The notes under the pieces are model-generated. The model had not been told where the DNA came from and did no database searches. It saw only the letters and a program-made list of their open reading frames with translations. Below are positions 16,573 to 26,912 of a DNA stretch of 64,000 nucleotides, in pieces (the stretch's first letter is position 1; each line of letters opens with the position of its first letter). A program made the position numbers and the translations under genes. This DNA comes from Candidatus Omnitrophota bacterium. GTDB lineage: Bacteria; Omnitrophota; Gorgyraeia; Zapsychrales; Zapsychraceae. Where the stretch lies: the NCBI GenBank assembly GCA_020632515.1, contig JACKFK010000006.1:11876-75875 (forward strand), in the 5' to 3' direction.

Positions 16573-18552
16573 ATGATGGCTGTGATGACTAAGCCGATGA
16601 AGAAAATAAAAGCTCAAACCACCAATGAAATTCGCTATGATGTTAGTTTATTTACCGAACAGGATTCCTATTTATTTAAAGAAGGAACGCATTTTCGTCT
16701 TTATCAAAAGTTAGGATCGCATCTTATTGAGAAAGATGGTGTGGCAGGAACGTATTTTGCTGTTATGGCTCCGAATGCTGAAAGTGTTTGTGTGATTGGT
16801 GATTTTAATGGATGGAATAACAAATCTCATGCGCTTAAAGTGCGATGGGATAGTTCTGGAATTTGGGAAGGATTTATTCCTACTGTCAGCAAAGGGGATG
16901 TCTATAAGTTTTTCATTCGTTCAAGACATAATGGCTATGAGGTGGAAAAGCGAGATCCATTTGCCAATTATTGTGAGATCCCTCCCAAAACAGCATCGAT
17001 TGTGTGGGACTTGGATTATCAATGGCATGATCATGATTGGATGAAAAACAGGCGGCAAAGAAACAGTTTAAGTGCACCGATTTCGATTTATGAACTGCAT
17101 TTTGGATCTTGGCGGCGTAAGCTTGAAGAGGGAAGTCGGTCGTTAACTTATCGAGAGATGGTTGAATTTTTAATCAGTTATGTCAAAGATATGGGGTTTA
17201 CGCATGTGGAATTTCTTCCATTGATGGCGTTTCCGTTTGAAGGATCCTGGGGGTATCAGACCGTCGGGTATTTTGCTCCAACCAGCCGATACGGCACGCC
17301 GCAAGAATTTATGTATTTGATTGATCAGCTGCATCAAAATGAGATCGGTATAATTCTCGACTGGGTTCCTTCGCATTTCCCGTCTGATGAACATGGACTT
17401 GCCTTTTTTGATGGTACGCACTTATTCGAACATGAAGATGACCGTAAAGGGTTTCATCCAGACTGGAAAAGTTATATTTACAACTATGGCCGTCGGGAGG
17501 TTATAAACTTTCTTATCAGCAGCGCGCTTTTTTGGCTGGATAAATTTCATGTGGATGGTCTGCGGGTGGATGGGGTTGCATCAATGTTGTATTTAGATTA
17601 TTCACGAAACGATGGTGAATGGATTCCAAATAAGTATGGTGGACGAGAGAATATAGAGGCAATATCTTTTCTAAAAAAACTTAATGCATCTGTTTATCAG
17701 GAGTATCCTGATGTACAGATGATTGCTGAGGAATCAACTGCTTGGACGGGGGTGTCGCGGCCAATTTATTCGGGTGGGTTGGGATTTGGGTTAAAATGGA
17801 ATATGGGATGGATGCATGATACTTTAGAATATTTTAAGAAAGATTGTATCCATCGTAAATATCATCAGAATGATATTACCTTCAGTATGATTTATGCGTT
17901 TACGGAAAATTTTCTTTTATCGCTTTCACATGATGAAGTTGTCCACGGGAAAGGATCTTTATTAAGAAGAATGCCAGGTGATGATTGGCAAAAGTTTGCT
18001 AATTTGAGACTATTGTATGGATATATGTATGGACACCCAGGCAAGAAACTTTTATTTATGGGTAATGAATTCGCGCAATGGGATGAGTGGAATCATGATA
18101 AAAGTATGGATTGGCATTTATTAGATTGCGAACGACATCAAGGAATTCAACGATGGGTCAGGAAAATTAATGAAGTGTATAAGCAGGAAAGAGTATTGTT
18201 TTATGATGATTTTACGCCTGGTGGATTTGAATGGATTGATAATAATGACGCGCAAAATAGTGTTTTTAGTTTTATTCGTAAAGCATCCTCATCTGAGGAT
18301 TTTATAGTTGTTGTCTGCAATTTTACGCCGATACCGAGATATAACTATCGAATAGGCGTTCCGCAAAAAGGTTTATGGTTTGAAATTCTTAATAGCGATG
18401 ACAAACAGTATGGCGGCAGTGGAATGGGTAATCCAAATTCGATTAATGCCGAGGCTGTTAGTTGTCATGGACGGGAATGTAGTGTTGTTTTAACATTGCC
18501 TCCTTTGGGGGTTTTATTTCTAAAGCATTGTAACAATAATTCAAAAAAATAA
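16573..18552 (+). CDS. glgB: 1,4-alpha-glucan branching enzyme (GH13)
   Basis: YELHFGSWR..., HVDGLRVDGVASMLYLDYSR, IAEESTAW and SHDEVVHGKGSL. AGGGAGG lies just upstream of the tandem ATGs at 16573/16576. Confidence 0.9.
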   Translation: MMAVMTKPMKKIKAQTTNEIRYDVSLFTEQDSYLFKEGTHFRLYQKLGSHLIEKDGVAGTYFAVMAPNAESVCVIGDFNGWNNKSHALKVRWDSSGIWEGFIPTVSKGDVYKFFIRSRHNGYEVEKRDPFANYCEIPPKTASIVWDLDYQWHDHDWMKNRRQRNSLSAPISIYELHFGSWRRKLEEGSRSLTYREMVEFLISYVKDMGFTHVEFLPLMAFPFEGSWGYQTVGYFAPTSRYGTPQEFMYLIDQLHQNEIGIILDWVPSHFPSDEHGLAFFDGTHLFEHEDDRKGFHPDWKSYIYNYGRREVINFLISSALFWLDKFHVDGLRVDGVASMLYLDYSRNDGEWIPNKYGGRENIEAISFLKKLNASVYQEYPDVQMIAEESTAWTGVSRPIYSGGLGFGLKWNMGWMHDTLEYFKKDCIHRKYHQNDITFSMIYAFTENFLLSLSHDEVVHGKGSLLRRMPGDDWQKFANLRLLYGYMYGHPGKKLLFMGNEFAQWDEWNHDKSMDWHLLDCERHQGIQRWVRKINEVYKQERVLFYDDFTPGGFEWIDNNDAQNSVFSFIRKASSSEDFIVVVCNFTPIPRYNYRIGVPQKGLWFEILNSDDKQYGGSGMGNPNSINAEAVSCHGRECSVVLTLPPLGVLFLKHCNNNSKK

Positions 18553-18569
18553 TCTAAGAAATATAATCG

Positions 18570-20705
18570 ATGGAAAAAATTCTGGAACATAGATCAGATA
18601 AGAAAATTTCGACAGGATCTGCTAATCCTCGTGGAGCAACAATACGAAGAGATGGCGTGAATTTCTCAATATTCACTCATTACGCGAAAGAAGTGTTTTT
18701 GTTGTTGTTTGGTAAAGTTGATGGAGAGCCAACAGATATTATTAACGTGTCCCATCGTTCGGGCAATGTATGGCATGTGTATGTACACGGATTAAAGGCC
18801 GGACAACTTTATGGATTTAAAATTCGAGGAGAATATAATCCGGCACAGGCTATGCGTTTTAATGAACATAAACTTTTGATAGATCCTTACGCGCGTGCTT
18901 TGACAGGGAAGTGTCATAATGTGAATAATCTGCTATTAGGATATGACACAAATTCTTCTTTGAAGGACTTAACTATGGATCGTCGTGAAAATATGCATGT
19001 AATGCCGAAGTCAATAGTTATAGATGATTCTTTTGACTGGCAAGATGATAAATCGCCGCAGATTCCATTGGAAGATTTAATAATATATGAAGTTCATGTT
19101 AAAGGATTTACTGCGCATGCGTCTTCTGGAGTTAAATTCCCGGGGACATATTTAGGATTTATTGAGAAGATCCCTTATTTAAAGGAGTTGGGAGTTAATG
19201 CGGTTGAATTCTTACCTGTTCAAGAATTTTACACCAGAGACTTTTTGGCTGCGCAAGGTTTAAAAGAGTATTGGGGATATAACACGATCGCTTATTTTGC
19301 TCCGGAATTTTCTTATAGCACCCAACAGCACCTGGGCTGCCAAGTGCATGAGTTTAAAACGATGGTTCGCGAATTGCATAAAGCCGGGATAGAAGTAATT
19401 TTAGATGTGGTATTTAATCATACTGGTGAAGGTAATGAATTGGGACCGACTATTTGTTTTCGAGGTGTTGATAATAGCACGTTTTACGCTTTGCAAGGAA
19501 CCGTCGACGATCCATATCGGTATTATAAAGAAAATGGAACCGGTTGTGGAAATACATTAAATTTAGAAAGGGCTTCTGTCCGCTATGGAGTGCTTGATGC
19601 GCTGCGTTATTGGGTAGAAGAAATGCATGTGGATGGTTTCCGATTTGATTTAGCAACTGTATTAGCTTATGAAAAAGGTGGTTTTTCTAAAGATTCGGCT
19701 TTTCTTAAACTTGTTTCTCATGATCCTGTTTTACGGAAAGTTAAGATGATTGCAGAACCTTGGGATGTTTCAACTTATCAATTTGGAAATTTTCCAGGCT
19801 CTTGGCTGGAGTGGAATGATAAGTTTCGAGATAATATCCGTCGTTTCATTAAGGGCGACAGCCGTCAAGTCAATGAATTAGCCTGGCGTTTAACTGGATC
19901 GCAAGATTTATTTAGAGGAAAAATGAAAAATCCGTATGACAGTATTAATTTTGTTACGTGTCACGATGGATTTACTTTAAACGATTTATATTCTTATAAC
20001 TTTAAACATAATGATGCTAACCAAGAGCATAATCGCGATGGTACGGATCATAATAATTCTTGGAATTGTGGGATTGAGGGTGAAACTAATGATCCTGCTA
20101 TTATAGAATTAAGAAGAAAGATGATTAAGAATTCATTGTGTTGTTTATTTTTCTCATTAGGGACACCTATGATGTTGGGGGGCGATGAGATGTTACGAAC
20201 ACAACATGGAAATAACAATGCTTATTGTCAGGATAATGAAATCAGTTGGTTTAATTGGATGTGGCTGGAAAAAAATAAAGATGTTTTCGAGTTTACTAAA
20301 AAATTAATTAAATTCCGGCGAACGCATAAAGTCCTAAGAAATAGGAAATTCTTTTTGAATGTTCGTGATAATGTTGAACATTATCCTGATATTACTTGGA
20401 TAGGAATTAATGGTAAGGAAGTGGATTGGGGCAATCCTGAGTTAAAAACGATTTGTTATGAACTGCAGGGTAAAGATAGCTTGCTAGATCTGGGATATTA
20501 TTTTTTATTTTTTATTTTAAATTCTGATATAAAGGCTTATGATATTATACTTCCTAAACATGATGATGTTACATGGCATAGAATTATAGATACTCATTAC
20601 TCTTCTGGAGATGATTTTCTTGACTCGTCGCAGGCGCAGACAACCGTCTGCGGGGAAAAATATCGTGTCCAGGAACGCAGTGTTGTTGTCTTATTAGGGA
20701 AATAA
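18570..20705 (+). CDS. glgX: Glycogen debranching enzyme GlgX (GH13)
   Basis: GVNFSIFT..., YEVHVKGFT, LDVVFNHTGEGNELGP, HVDGFRFDLA, IAEPWD and NFVTCHDGFTLNDL. Confidence 0.85.
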   Translation: MEKILEHRSDKKISTGSANPRGATIRRDGVNFSIFTHYAKEVFLLLFGKVDGEPTDIINVSHRSGNVWHVYVHGLKAGQLYGFKIRGEYNPAQAMRFNEHKLLIDPYARALTGKCHNVNNLLLGYDTNSSLKDLTMDRRENMHVMPKSIVIDDSFDWQDDKSPQIPLEDLIIYEVHVKGFTAHASSGVKFPGTYLGFIEKIPYLKELGVNAVEFLPVQEFYTRDFLAAQGLKEYWGYNTIAYFAPEFSYSTQQHLGCQVHEFKTMVRELHKAGIEVILDVVFNHTGEGNELGPTICFRGVDNSTFYALQGTVDDPYRYYKENGTGCGNTLNLERASVRYGVLDALRYWVEEMHVDGFRFDLATVLAYEKGGFSKDSAFLKLVSHDPVLRKVKMIAEPWDVSTYQFGNFPGSWLEWNDKFRDNIRRFIKGDSRQVNELAWRLTGSQDLFRGKMKNPYDSINFVTCHDGFTLNDLYSYNFKHNDANQEHNRDGTDHNNSWNCGIEGETNDPAIIELRRKMIKNSLCCLFFSLGTPMMLGGDEMLRTQHGNNNAYCQDNEISWFNWMWLEKNKDVFEFTKKLIKFRRTHKVLRNRKFFLNVRDNVEHYPDITWIGINGKEVDWGNPELKTICYELQGKDSLLDLGYYFLFFILNSDIKAYDIILPKHDDVTWHRIIDTHYSSGDDFLDSSQAQTTVCGEKYRVQERSVVVLLGK

Positions 20706-20713
20706 CCGACGGA

Positions 20714-23203
20714 ATGAATTATAGGAATCTTAAAAATATGAATAGACCAGCAGCTAAAGAAAGAGTCCAGTGGAAGACAATTCACAAGGACATGACCAAA
20801 GAAGCAATTAAAAGGTCTTTTCAAATGAACCGGCAATATCTGCTTTCAAAAGATCAATATTCAGCAACGTTATATGACAATTATTGGGCTTTGTCTGTGG
20901 CTATTCGCGATCGGTTGGTCGAACGCTGGATTACAACACAACAACAATATCATAAACAAAATTGTAAACGTGTTTATTATCTCTCCTTGGAGTTTCTCAT
21001 TGGACGGCTTATGGGGAATTTTGCATATAATATGGGATTAGAAAAAGAAGTTTATGCGGCTATGGAAGATTTGGGTTATGACTTTGATGAATTACGCGAT
21101 CAAGAATTTGATGCCGGGTTAGGCAATGGTGGGTTGGGTCGTTTAGCGGCGTGTTTTTTAGATTCTATGGCTACATTAGGTATTCCGGCGCATGGTTATG
21201 GAATTCGGTATGACTATGGGATTTTTAATCAACAGATAAAAGATGGTCATCAAGTAGAACATCCAGATGAATGGCTGCGGTTAGGAACTCCCTGGGAATT
21301 TGCCAGGCCAGAATATACCGTGAAGATTCAGTTCTATGGACGGACTCAATCGGTCGACAATAAAAAAGGCGGATTTCATGTTAAGTGGATTGATTCTCAA
21401 GATGTGTTGGCGATTCCTTATGATGTTCCGATTCCCGGTTTCAAGAATGATGTCGTAAATACTTTACGGCTTTGGTCAGCCAGAAGCACAGAAGATTTCG
21501 AGTTAGAATATTTTAATACAGGCGATTATGAACAGGCTGTTTATAAAAAAATCCTTTCTGAAAATATTTCGAAAATATTATATCCCAACGATAATGTGAT
21601 TAGCGGAAAAGAATTGCGGTTGAAACAAGAGTATTTTTTTACCGCAGCAGCTATTCATGACATTATCCGACGGTATAAATCAGAAAATACGGATTTATCG
21701 CTGTTGCCGACAAAAGTATCAATCCAATTAAATGATACTCATCCAACGTTGGCAATTGTGGAACTTATGAGAATATTAATGGATGAGTATGATTTTGGAT
21801 GGGATAAATCGTGGGAAATTACTAAACAAACTTTCGCTTACACAAATCATACATTAATGCCTGAAGCTTTAGAAAAATGGCCAATTGATCTTTTCGGAAA
21901 GTTGTTGCCAAGGCATTTACAGATTGTCTTTGAAATTAATGATCGTTTTTTGCAAGAAATTATGCAGCGTTATCCGGGGGATGAAGAGCGTCTTCGACGG
22001 ATGTCGGTTATTGAAGAAGGGCAGCCAAAAATGGTGCGAATGGCACATCTGGCAATTATCGGGAGCTTTTCCGTTAATGGCGTATCACAATTGCACACAG
22101 AACTTTTAAAGTCGCGGGTTGTGAAGGATTTTTATGAATTAACGCCGGAGAAATTCAATAATAAAACAAATGGGATAACTCAACGACGATGGTTGCTTAA
22201 GTCGAATTCAGAATTATCGCAATTAATCACGGAGAACATAGGCGATCATTGGATCAAAGATTTGTCTGTCTTAAAAAATTTATTACCCTTAAAAGACAAT
22301 GAATCATTTCGAAAGAAATGGCAGGAAATTAAGAATAGTAATAAAAAGATATTAGCTGATTATATTTACAAGAAAACGAATCTTGTTGTTGACCCCCAAT
22401 CTATGTTTGATGTGCAAATTAAACGGATCCATGAATATAAAAGACAATTGATGTTTGCGTTTTATATTTTGTCGCAGTATTTGACCGTGAAGAATGAACC
22501 GGAAAAGTTTATTCATCCTAGAACATTTTTAATTGGCGGAAAAGCTGCTCCAGGATATTTCATGGCGAAATTGATTATCAAATTTATTAATAATATAGCA
22601 GCAGTAATCAATTCTGACAAAAATGTACGTGATAAAATACAGGTACTTTTCTTGGAAAATTATCGGGTTTCCTTGGCAGAGAAAATATTTCCGGCCAGCG
22701 ATCTTTCCGAACAGATATCGACGGCAGGGACAGAAGCTTCAGGAACAGGGAATATGAAATTCATGCTTAATGGGGCTTTGACGATTGGAACATTGGATGG
22801 AGCCAATATTGAAATTAAGCAATGTGTTGGACCTGAGAATATTTTTATTTTTGGGCATGAGGCGGAGCAGATCGAAGAATTAAGGCTTAAAGGGTACAAG
22901 CCGCAGGAATATATCAATCGTTCACCGATGTTGAAAGAAATTATTCGACTGATGGAGACAGATTTCTTTTCAAGGGTTGAACCTGGAATATTTAAACCAT
23001 TAATAGAGTCAATATTAAATTGGGATACCTATTTTATCTGCGCGGATTTTGAATCATATTGCCAGATGCAGAACCAAGTTGCTAATCTTTATAGGAATCG
23101 GGAAGAGTGGACAAAGAAAGCGATTCTTAATGTTGCTAATTCTGGATTTTTCTCAAGCGATCGAACAATTCGTGAATATGCCGATGAAATTTGGAAAGTC
23201 TAA
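20714..23203 (+). CDS. glgP: Glycogen/maltodextrin phosphorylase (GT35)
   Basis: YYLSLEFLIGR, GLGNGGLGRLAACFLDS, and the pyridoxal-Lys motif EASGTGNMKFMLNGALTIGTLDGANIEI. Confidence 0.9.
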   Translation: MNYRNLKNMNRPAAKERVQWKTIHKDMTKEAIKRSFQMNRQYLLSKDQYSATLYDNYWALSVAIRDRLVERWITTQQQYHKQNCKRVYYLSLEFLIGRLMGNFAYNMGLEKEVYAAMEDLGYDFDELRDQEFDAGLGNGGLGRLAACFLDSMATLGIPAHGYGIRYDYGIFNQQIKDGHQVEHPDEWLRLGTPWEFARPEYTVKIQFYGRTQSVDNKKGGFHVKWIDSQDVLAIPYDVPIPGFKNDVVNTLRLWSARSTEDFELEYFNTGDYEQAVYKKILSENISKILYPNDNVISGKELRLKQEYFFTAAAIHDIIRRYKSENTDLSLLPTKVSIQLNDTHPTLAIVELMRILMDEYDFGWDKSWEITKQTFAYTNHTLMPEALEKWPIDLFGKLLPRHLQIVFEINDRFLQEIMQRYPGDEERLRRMSVIEEGQPKMVRMAHLAIIGSFSVNGVSQLHTELLKSRVVKDFYELTPEKFNNKTNGITQRRWLLKSNSELSQLITENIGDHWIKDLSVLKNLLPLKDNESFRKKWQEIKNSNKKILADYIYKKTNLVVDPQSMFDVQIKRIHEYKRQLMFAFYILSQYLTVKNEPEKFIHPRTFLIGGKAAPGYFMAKLIIKFINNIAAVINSDKNVRDKIQVLFLENYRVSLAEKIFPASDLSEQISTAGTEASGTGNMKFMLNGALTIGTLDGANIEIKQCVGPENIFIFGHEAEQIEELRLKGYKPQEYINRSPMLKEIIRLMETDFFSRVEPGIFKPLIESILNWDTYFICADFESYCQMQNQVANLYRNREEWTKKAILNVANSGFFSSDRTIREYADEIWKV

Positions 23204-23224
23204 TAACATAAAAAGGAGAATAAA

Positions 23225-23530
23225 ATGAAAGACAAAGTGATAGAAGCCGCTGGTAAAACTTGGCAGTTTCTAGGTCAGAACGGTCAAACAGAAATCAATT
23301 CTTTATCAAAACGATTAAAGGAAAAGAATGATGTGGTGCTTCAATCGTTAGGTTGGTTAGCTCGGGAGGATAAAATTCGATATGATATCAAACAAAATAA
23401 AACGTTTGTTTCATTGATCGAAGATGAATTAAGGGTTTTTAATACAGTTGTGCAGAATGCGGAAAAAATTGTTGAAGCAAAAAAAGTTTCAAAGAAAAGA
23501 AAACCCGGTCGATCCGCTAAAGCAGTTTAA
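23225..23530 (+). CDS. Small winged-helix protein (DUF2582-like) with a Lys-rich tail
   Basis: AGKTWQFLGQNG...LSKRLKEKNDVVLQSLGWLAREDKI matches the pattern I recall for the DUF2582 wHTH family. The tail is KKVSKKRKPGRSAKAV. A GGAG lies upstream. Confidence 0.5.
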   Translation: MKDKVIEAAGKTWQFLGQNGQTEINSLSKRLKEKNDVVLQSLGWLAREDKIRYDIKQNKTFVSLIEDELRVFNTVVQNAEKIVEAKKVSKKRKPGRSAKAV

Positions 23531-23541
23531 TTTTTAAATTT

Positions 23542-25368
23542 ATGATAATAGGAGCTCATTATCAGACTGGTGGTGGATGTGAATTTGTGGTTTGGGCTCC
23601 TTATCGTAAAAATGTTACCTTAAAGGTTATCACTAGCAAGGAATCCTTTTATCCGATGGAGAAGGATAGATGGGGGTATTGGCGTACTTCTGTTGGAGAT
23701 ATTGCGCCTGGTGATAACTATCTTTATTGTTTAGACCGGAAGTTTGAACGTCCGGATCCCGCCTCTTATTTCCAGCCGCAGGGAATTCATACGCCTTCAG
23801 CAATAATAGACCATAATAATTTTCATTGGAATGATCATAATTGGAGATGCCCTGCACTATCGCAATGGATTATTTATGAACTTCACGTCGGTACTTTTAC
23901 ATCGGAAGGAACTTTTCAGGCAATAATAGCCCGGCTTGATGATTTGATTGATTTAGGGATTAATGCTATTGAGCTTATGCCGGTGGCGCAGTTTTCAGGA
24001 AATCGTAATTGGGGTTATGATGGGGTTTATCCGTTCGCGGTACAAAATACTTATGGAGGACCGGATCATTTAAAGCAATTTGTTGATGCGTGTCACCAGA
24101 GAGGAATCGCTGTTATCCTTGATGTGGTTTACAATCATTTTGGGCCTGAAGGAAATTATTTTAATGATTTCGGTCCATATTTTACGTCGAAATATTCAAC
24201 TCCTTGGGGAAAAGCATTGAATTTTGACGATCGATACAGTGATCACGTAAGGAATTTTTTTATTATGAATGCTTTGTATTGGTTTGAGAATTTTCATTTT
24301 GATGGATTGCGATTGGACGCGATTCAGGCTATTAATGATGACAGTGCAAAACCGTTTTTAATTGAGTTAAATGAGAAAATACACGAATGGTCCCAAAAAA
24401 ATAAAAGGAATGTTTATTTAATCGCAGAAAGTGATTTAAATGACGTCAAAATCATTCAACCACAGAAAAATAAAGGCTTTGGTATGGATGCTCAGTGGTC
24501 AGATGATTTTCATCATAGTGTGCACAGTTTATTGACGGGTGAGAAAAATAAATATTATCAAGATTTTGGTTCATTAGAAGACCTTTCTAAAGCATTTAAG
24601 AAGACTTTTGTTTATTCATGGACATATTCGGAATTTCGTAAACGTTATCATGGTAGTGATGCTCAAAAGATTCCGGGAGAAAAATTTGTTGTTTCTATTC
24701 AAAATCATGATCAGGTGGGGAACCGTTTGGCTGGCGAGCGTTTGTCCAACTTAATCTCATTTGAGAAGCTTAAAATAGCAGCTGGGCTAATGTTGCTTTC
24801 GCCATATATTCCTCTATTATTTATGGGAGAGGAGTATGGTGAAGAAAATCCTTTCTTATATTTTGTGAGCCACAGCGAAGATTGGATTATTGAATCGGTG
24901 AGAAAAGGACGGAGAGCTGAGTATTCTTTAGGAAAAAAAGATTTTACTTTCTTTGATCCTCAGGATGAACAAAGTTTTTCTCGTTCTAAACTTAATTGGG
25001 CTAAAAAGGAACATGGAAATCATCAGCTGTTACGGAATTACTACAAAAAATTAATTTCTTTACGAAAGAGAAAAAAGGTTTTATTAGAATTAAATAAAAA
25101 GAATATGGAAGTGTTTTATGAATTGAAAGATGAGATTTTTTATTTTCGTCGATGGCTAAAAAATGAACAAATATTGGTGTTGGTAAATTTTTCGAATACC
25201 GAGAAAACCATGAATCTTAAGATCCCTAATGCCCAATGGACTAAGATTTTAGATTCAAGGGATAAAAAATGGGGTGGAACGAGAATAGTTTCTTCAAAAG
25301 AGATATATAATAGTGCAAATGTAAAATTGGGGCCGGAAAATTTAGCTGTATATCAGTTAACAAGTTAA
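23542..25368 (+). CDS. treZ: Malto-oligosyltrehalose trehalohydrolase-type GH13 enzyme
   Basis: FVVWAP...PDPASYFQPQGIHTPS...IYELHVGTFTSEGTF...NWGYDGVYPFAVQNTYGGP...LDVVYNHFGPEGNY...TPWGKALNFDD is the TreZ-like signature. Confidence 0.75.
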   Translation: MIIGAHYQTGGGCEFVVWAPYRKNVTLKVITSKESFYPMEKDRWGYWRTSVGDIAPGDNYLYCLDRKFERPDPASYFQPQGIHTPSAIIDHNNFHWNDHNWRCPALSQWIIYELHVGTFTSEGTFQAIIARLDDLIDLGINAIELMPVAQFSGNRNWGYDGVYPFAVQNTYGGPDHLKQFVDACHQRGIAVILDVVYNHFGPEGNYFNDFGPYFTSKYSTPWGKALNFDDRYSDHVRNFFIMNALYWFENFHFDGLRLDAIQAINDDSAKPFLIELNEKIHEWSQKNKRNVYLIAESDLNDVKIIQPQKNKGFGMDAQWSDDFHHSVHSLLTGEKNKYYQDFGSLEDLSKAFKKTFVYSWTYSEFRKRYHGSDAQKIPGEKFVVSIQNHDQVGNRLAGERLSNLISFEKLKIAAGLMLLSPYIPLLFMGEEYGEENPFLYFVSHSEDWIIESVRKGRRAEYSLGKKDFTFFDPQDEQSFSRSKLNWAKKEHGNHQLLRNYYKKLISLRKRKKVLLELNKKNMEVFYELKDEIFYFRRWLKNEQILVLVNFSNTEKTMNLKIPNAQWTKILDSRDKKWGGTRIVSSKEIYNSANVKLGPENLAVYQLTS

Positions 25369-25388
25369 TTTAAGAGGATATAGAAAAT

Positions 25389-26882
25389 ATGAAACGGGGT
25401 AATGGTATTCTTATGCATATTAGTTCCCTTCCTGCAGAATTTGGGATAGGAGATTTAGGGCCGCAAGCTTATAAGTTTGTGGATTTTTTATATAAAGCTA
25501 AACAACATTATTGGCAGATTCTCCCTTTAACTCCGACGGAAATAAGATATGGAAATTCTCCTTATAGTAGTCCTTCAGCGTTTGCCGGAAATATTCTTTT
25601 AATCAGTCCGCAAAAACTTTTTGATGATGGATTGCTTGAGAAAGAAGATCTTAATGTGAAAACTAAATTTACGGATACTATTGATTTTAATAAAGTAACT
25701 TTTTTTAAAAAAAACCTTCTAAAGAAAGCCTATAAGAATTTTGGAAAGAATAAAAATCTTTTGCCGGACTTTGAGGATTTTGTAAAGAATCAGGCTTATT
25801 GGCTGGACGATTATGCTATTTTTGTTGGTTTGCGGCAGCAGTATAAAGGAAAATTTTGGAATAAATGGCCAAAATTGATCCGAGAGCGAAATAAATTAGC
25901 TTTAAGAAAGATAATAGAAGATTGTCGTTATTTACATGAAGAGATTAAGTTTCAACAATACATTTTTTATAGACAATGGAATCAATTAAAAGAGTATTGT
26001 CATAAAAAGAGAATTAGAATTATTGGTGATATCCCAATTTATGTAAATTTTGATAGTGCTGATGTTTGGAAAAATCAATCAATCTTTAAATTAAATGTGC
26101 GATTAGAACCGAAATTTGTCGCTGGAGTGCCTCCTGATTATTTTAGTAAAACAGGTCAGAGATGGGGGAATCCAGTCTACGATTGGTCGGTACTTAAACA
26201 AAATAATTTTGAATGGTGGATAAATCGAATCAAGCATAATTTAACAATGTATGATTGTGTTCGTATTGACCATTTTCGGGGGTTTGCAGCATTTTGGCAA
26301 GTTCCAGCTAAAGAGAAAACAGCCATGCACGGTCGATGGGTACCTGCGTTAGGCTCAGATTTGTTTAATACTGTTAAGAAGAAATATCCACGGGCGCAAA
26401 TTATTGCGGAAGATATCGGTTATATTACACCAGATGTTCATAAATTAATGAAAGATATGAAATTTCCGGGAATGAAGGTTTTGCAATTCGCTTTTGGAGA
26501 TTTTGAATATTATCAGAATTATTTACCATCATTTTATCCAAAAAATTCTGTGGCATACACAGGAACGCACGATAACAATACTCTTAAAGGATGGTATGAG
26601 ACGGAAATTTCAGAGCATCAAAGGACAATGATTAATAATTTTTTAGGGAAGAAAATTCAGAAAAAAGATGTTACTGTGTTATTGATGAAGGAGTTAATGA
26701 AATCTAAAGCCGATGTTTCCATTGTGCCGTTGCAAGATGTGTTAGGTTTAGGGTGTGAAGGGCGAATGAATCGGCCGGGTAAGGCAAAAGGAAATTGGAC
26801 ATGGCGGCTTAAAGGGAATGCGCTTCAATCACAAATTTGTAAAAAATTAGAATCTTTGACTATAAATAGTCTTAGGGCATAA
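25389..26882 (+). CDS. malQ: 4-alpha-glucanotransferase (amylomaltase, GH77)
   Basis: GILMHISSLP...GIGDLG, WQILPL, IGDIPIYV, RIDHFRGF, GTHDNNT, and PLQDVLGLG...RMNRPG. Confidence 0.85.
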   Translation: MKRGNGILMHISSLPAEFGIGDLGPQAYKFVDFLYKAKQHYWQILPLTPTEIRYGNSPYSSPSAFAGNILLISPQKLFDDGLLEKEDLNVKTKFTDTIDFNKVTFFKKNLLKKAYKNFGKNKNLLPDFEDFVKNQAYWLDDYAIFVGLRQQYKGKFWNKWPKLIRERNKLALRKIIEDCRYLHEEIKFQQYIFYRQWNQLKEYCHKKRIRIIGDIPIYVNFDSADVWKNQSIFKLNVRLEPKFVAGVPPDYFSKTGQRWGNPVYDWSVLKQNNFEWWINRIKHNLTMYDCVRIDHFRGFAAFWQVPAKEKTAMHGRWVPALGSDLFNTVKKKYPRAQIIAEDIGYITPDVHKLMKDMKFPGMKVLQFAFGDFEYYQNYLPSFYPKNSVAYTGTHDNNTLKGWYETEISEHQRTMINNFLGKKIQKKDVTVLLMKELMKSKADVSIVPLQDVLGLGCEGRMNRPGKAKGNWTWRLKGNALQSQICKKLESLTINSLRA

Positions 26883-26912
26883 ATTTAATGAATAAAAATA
26901 GTAGGAGGAATA

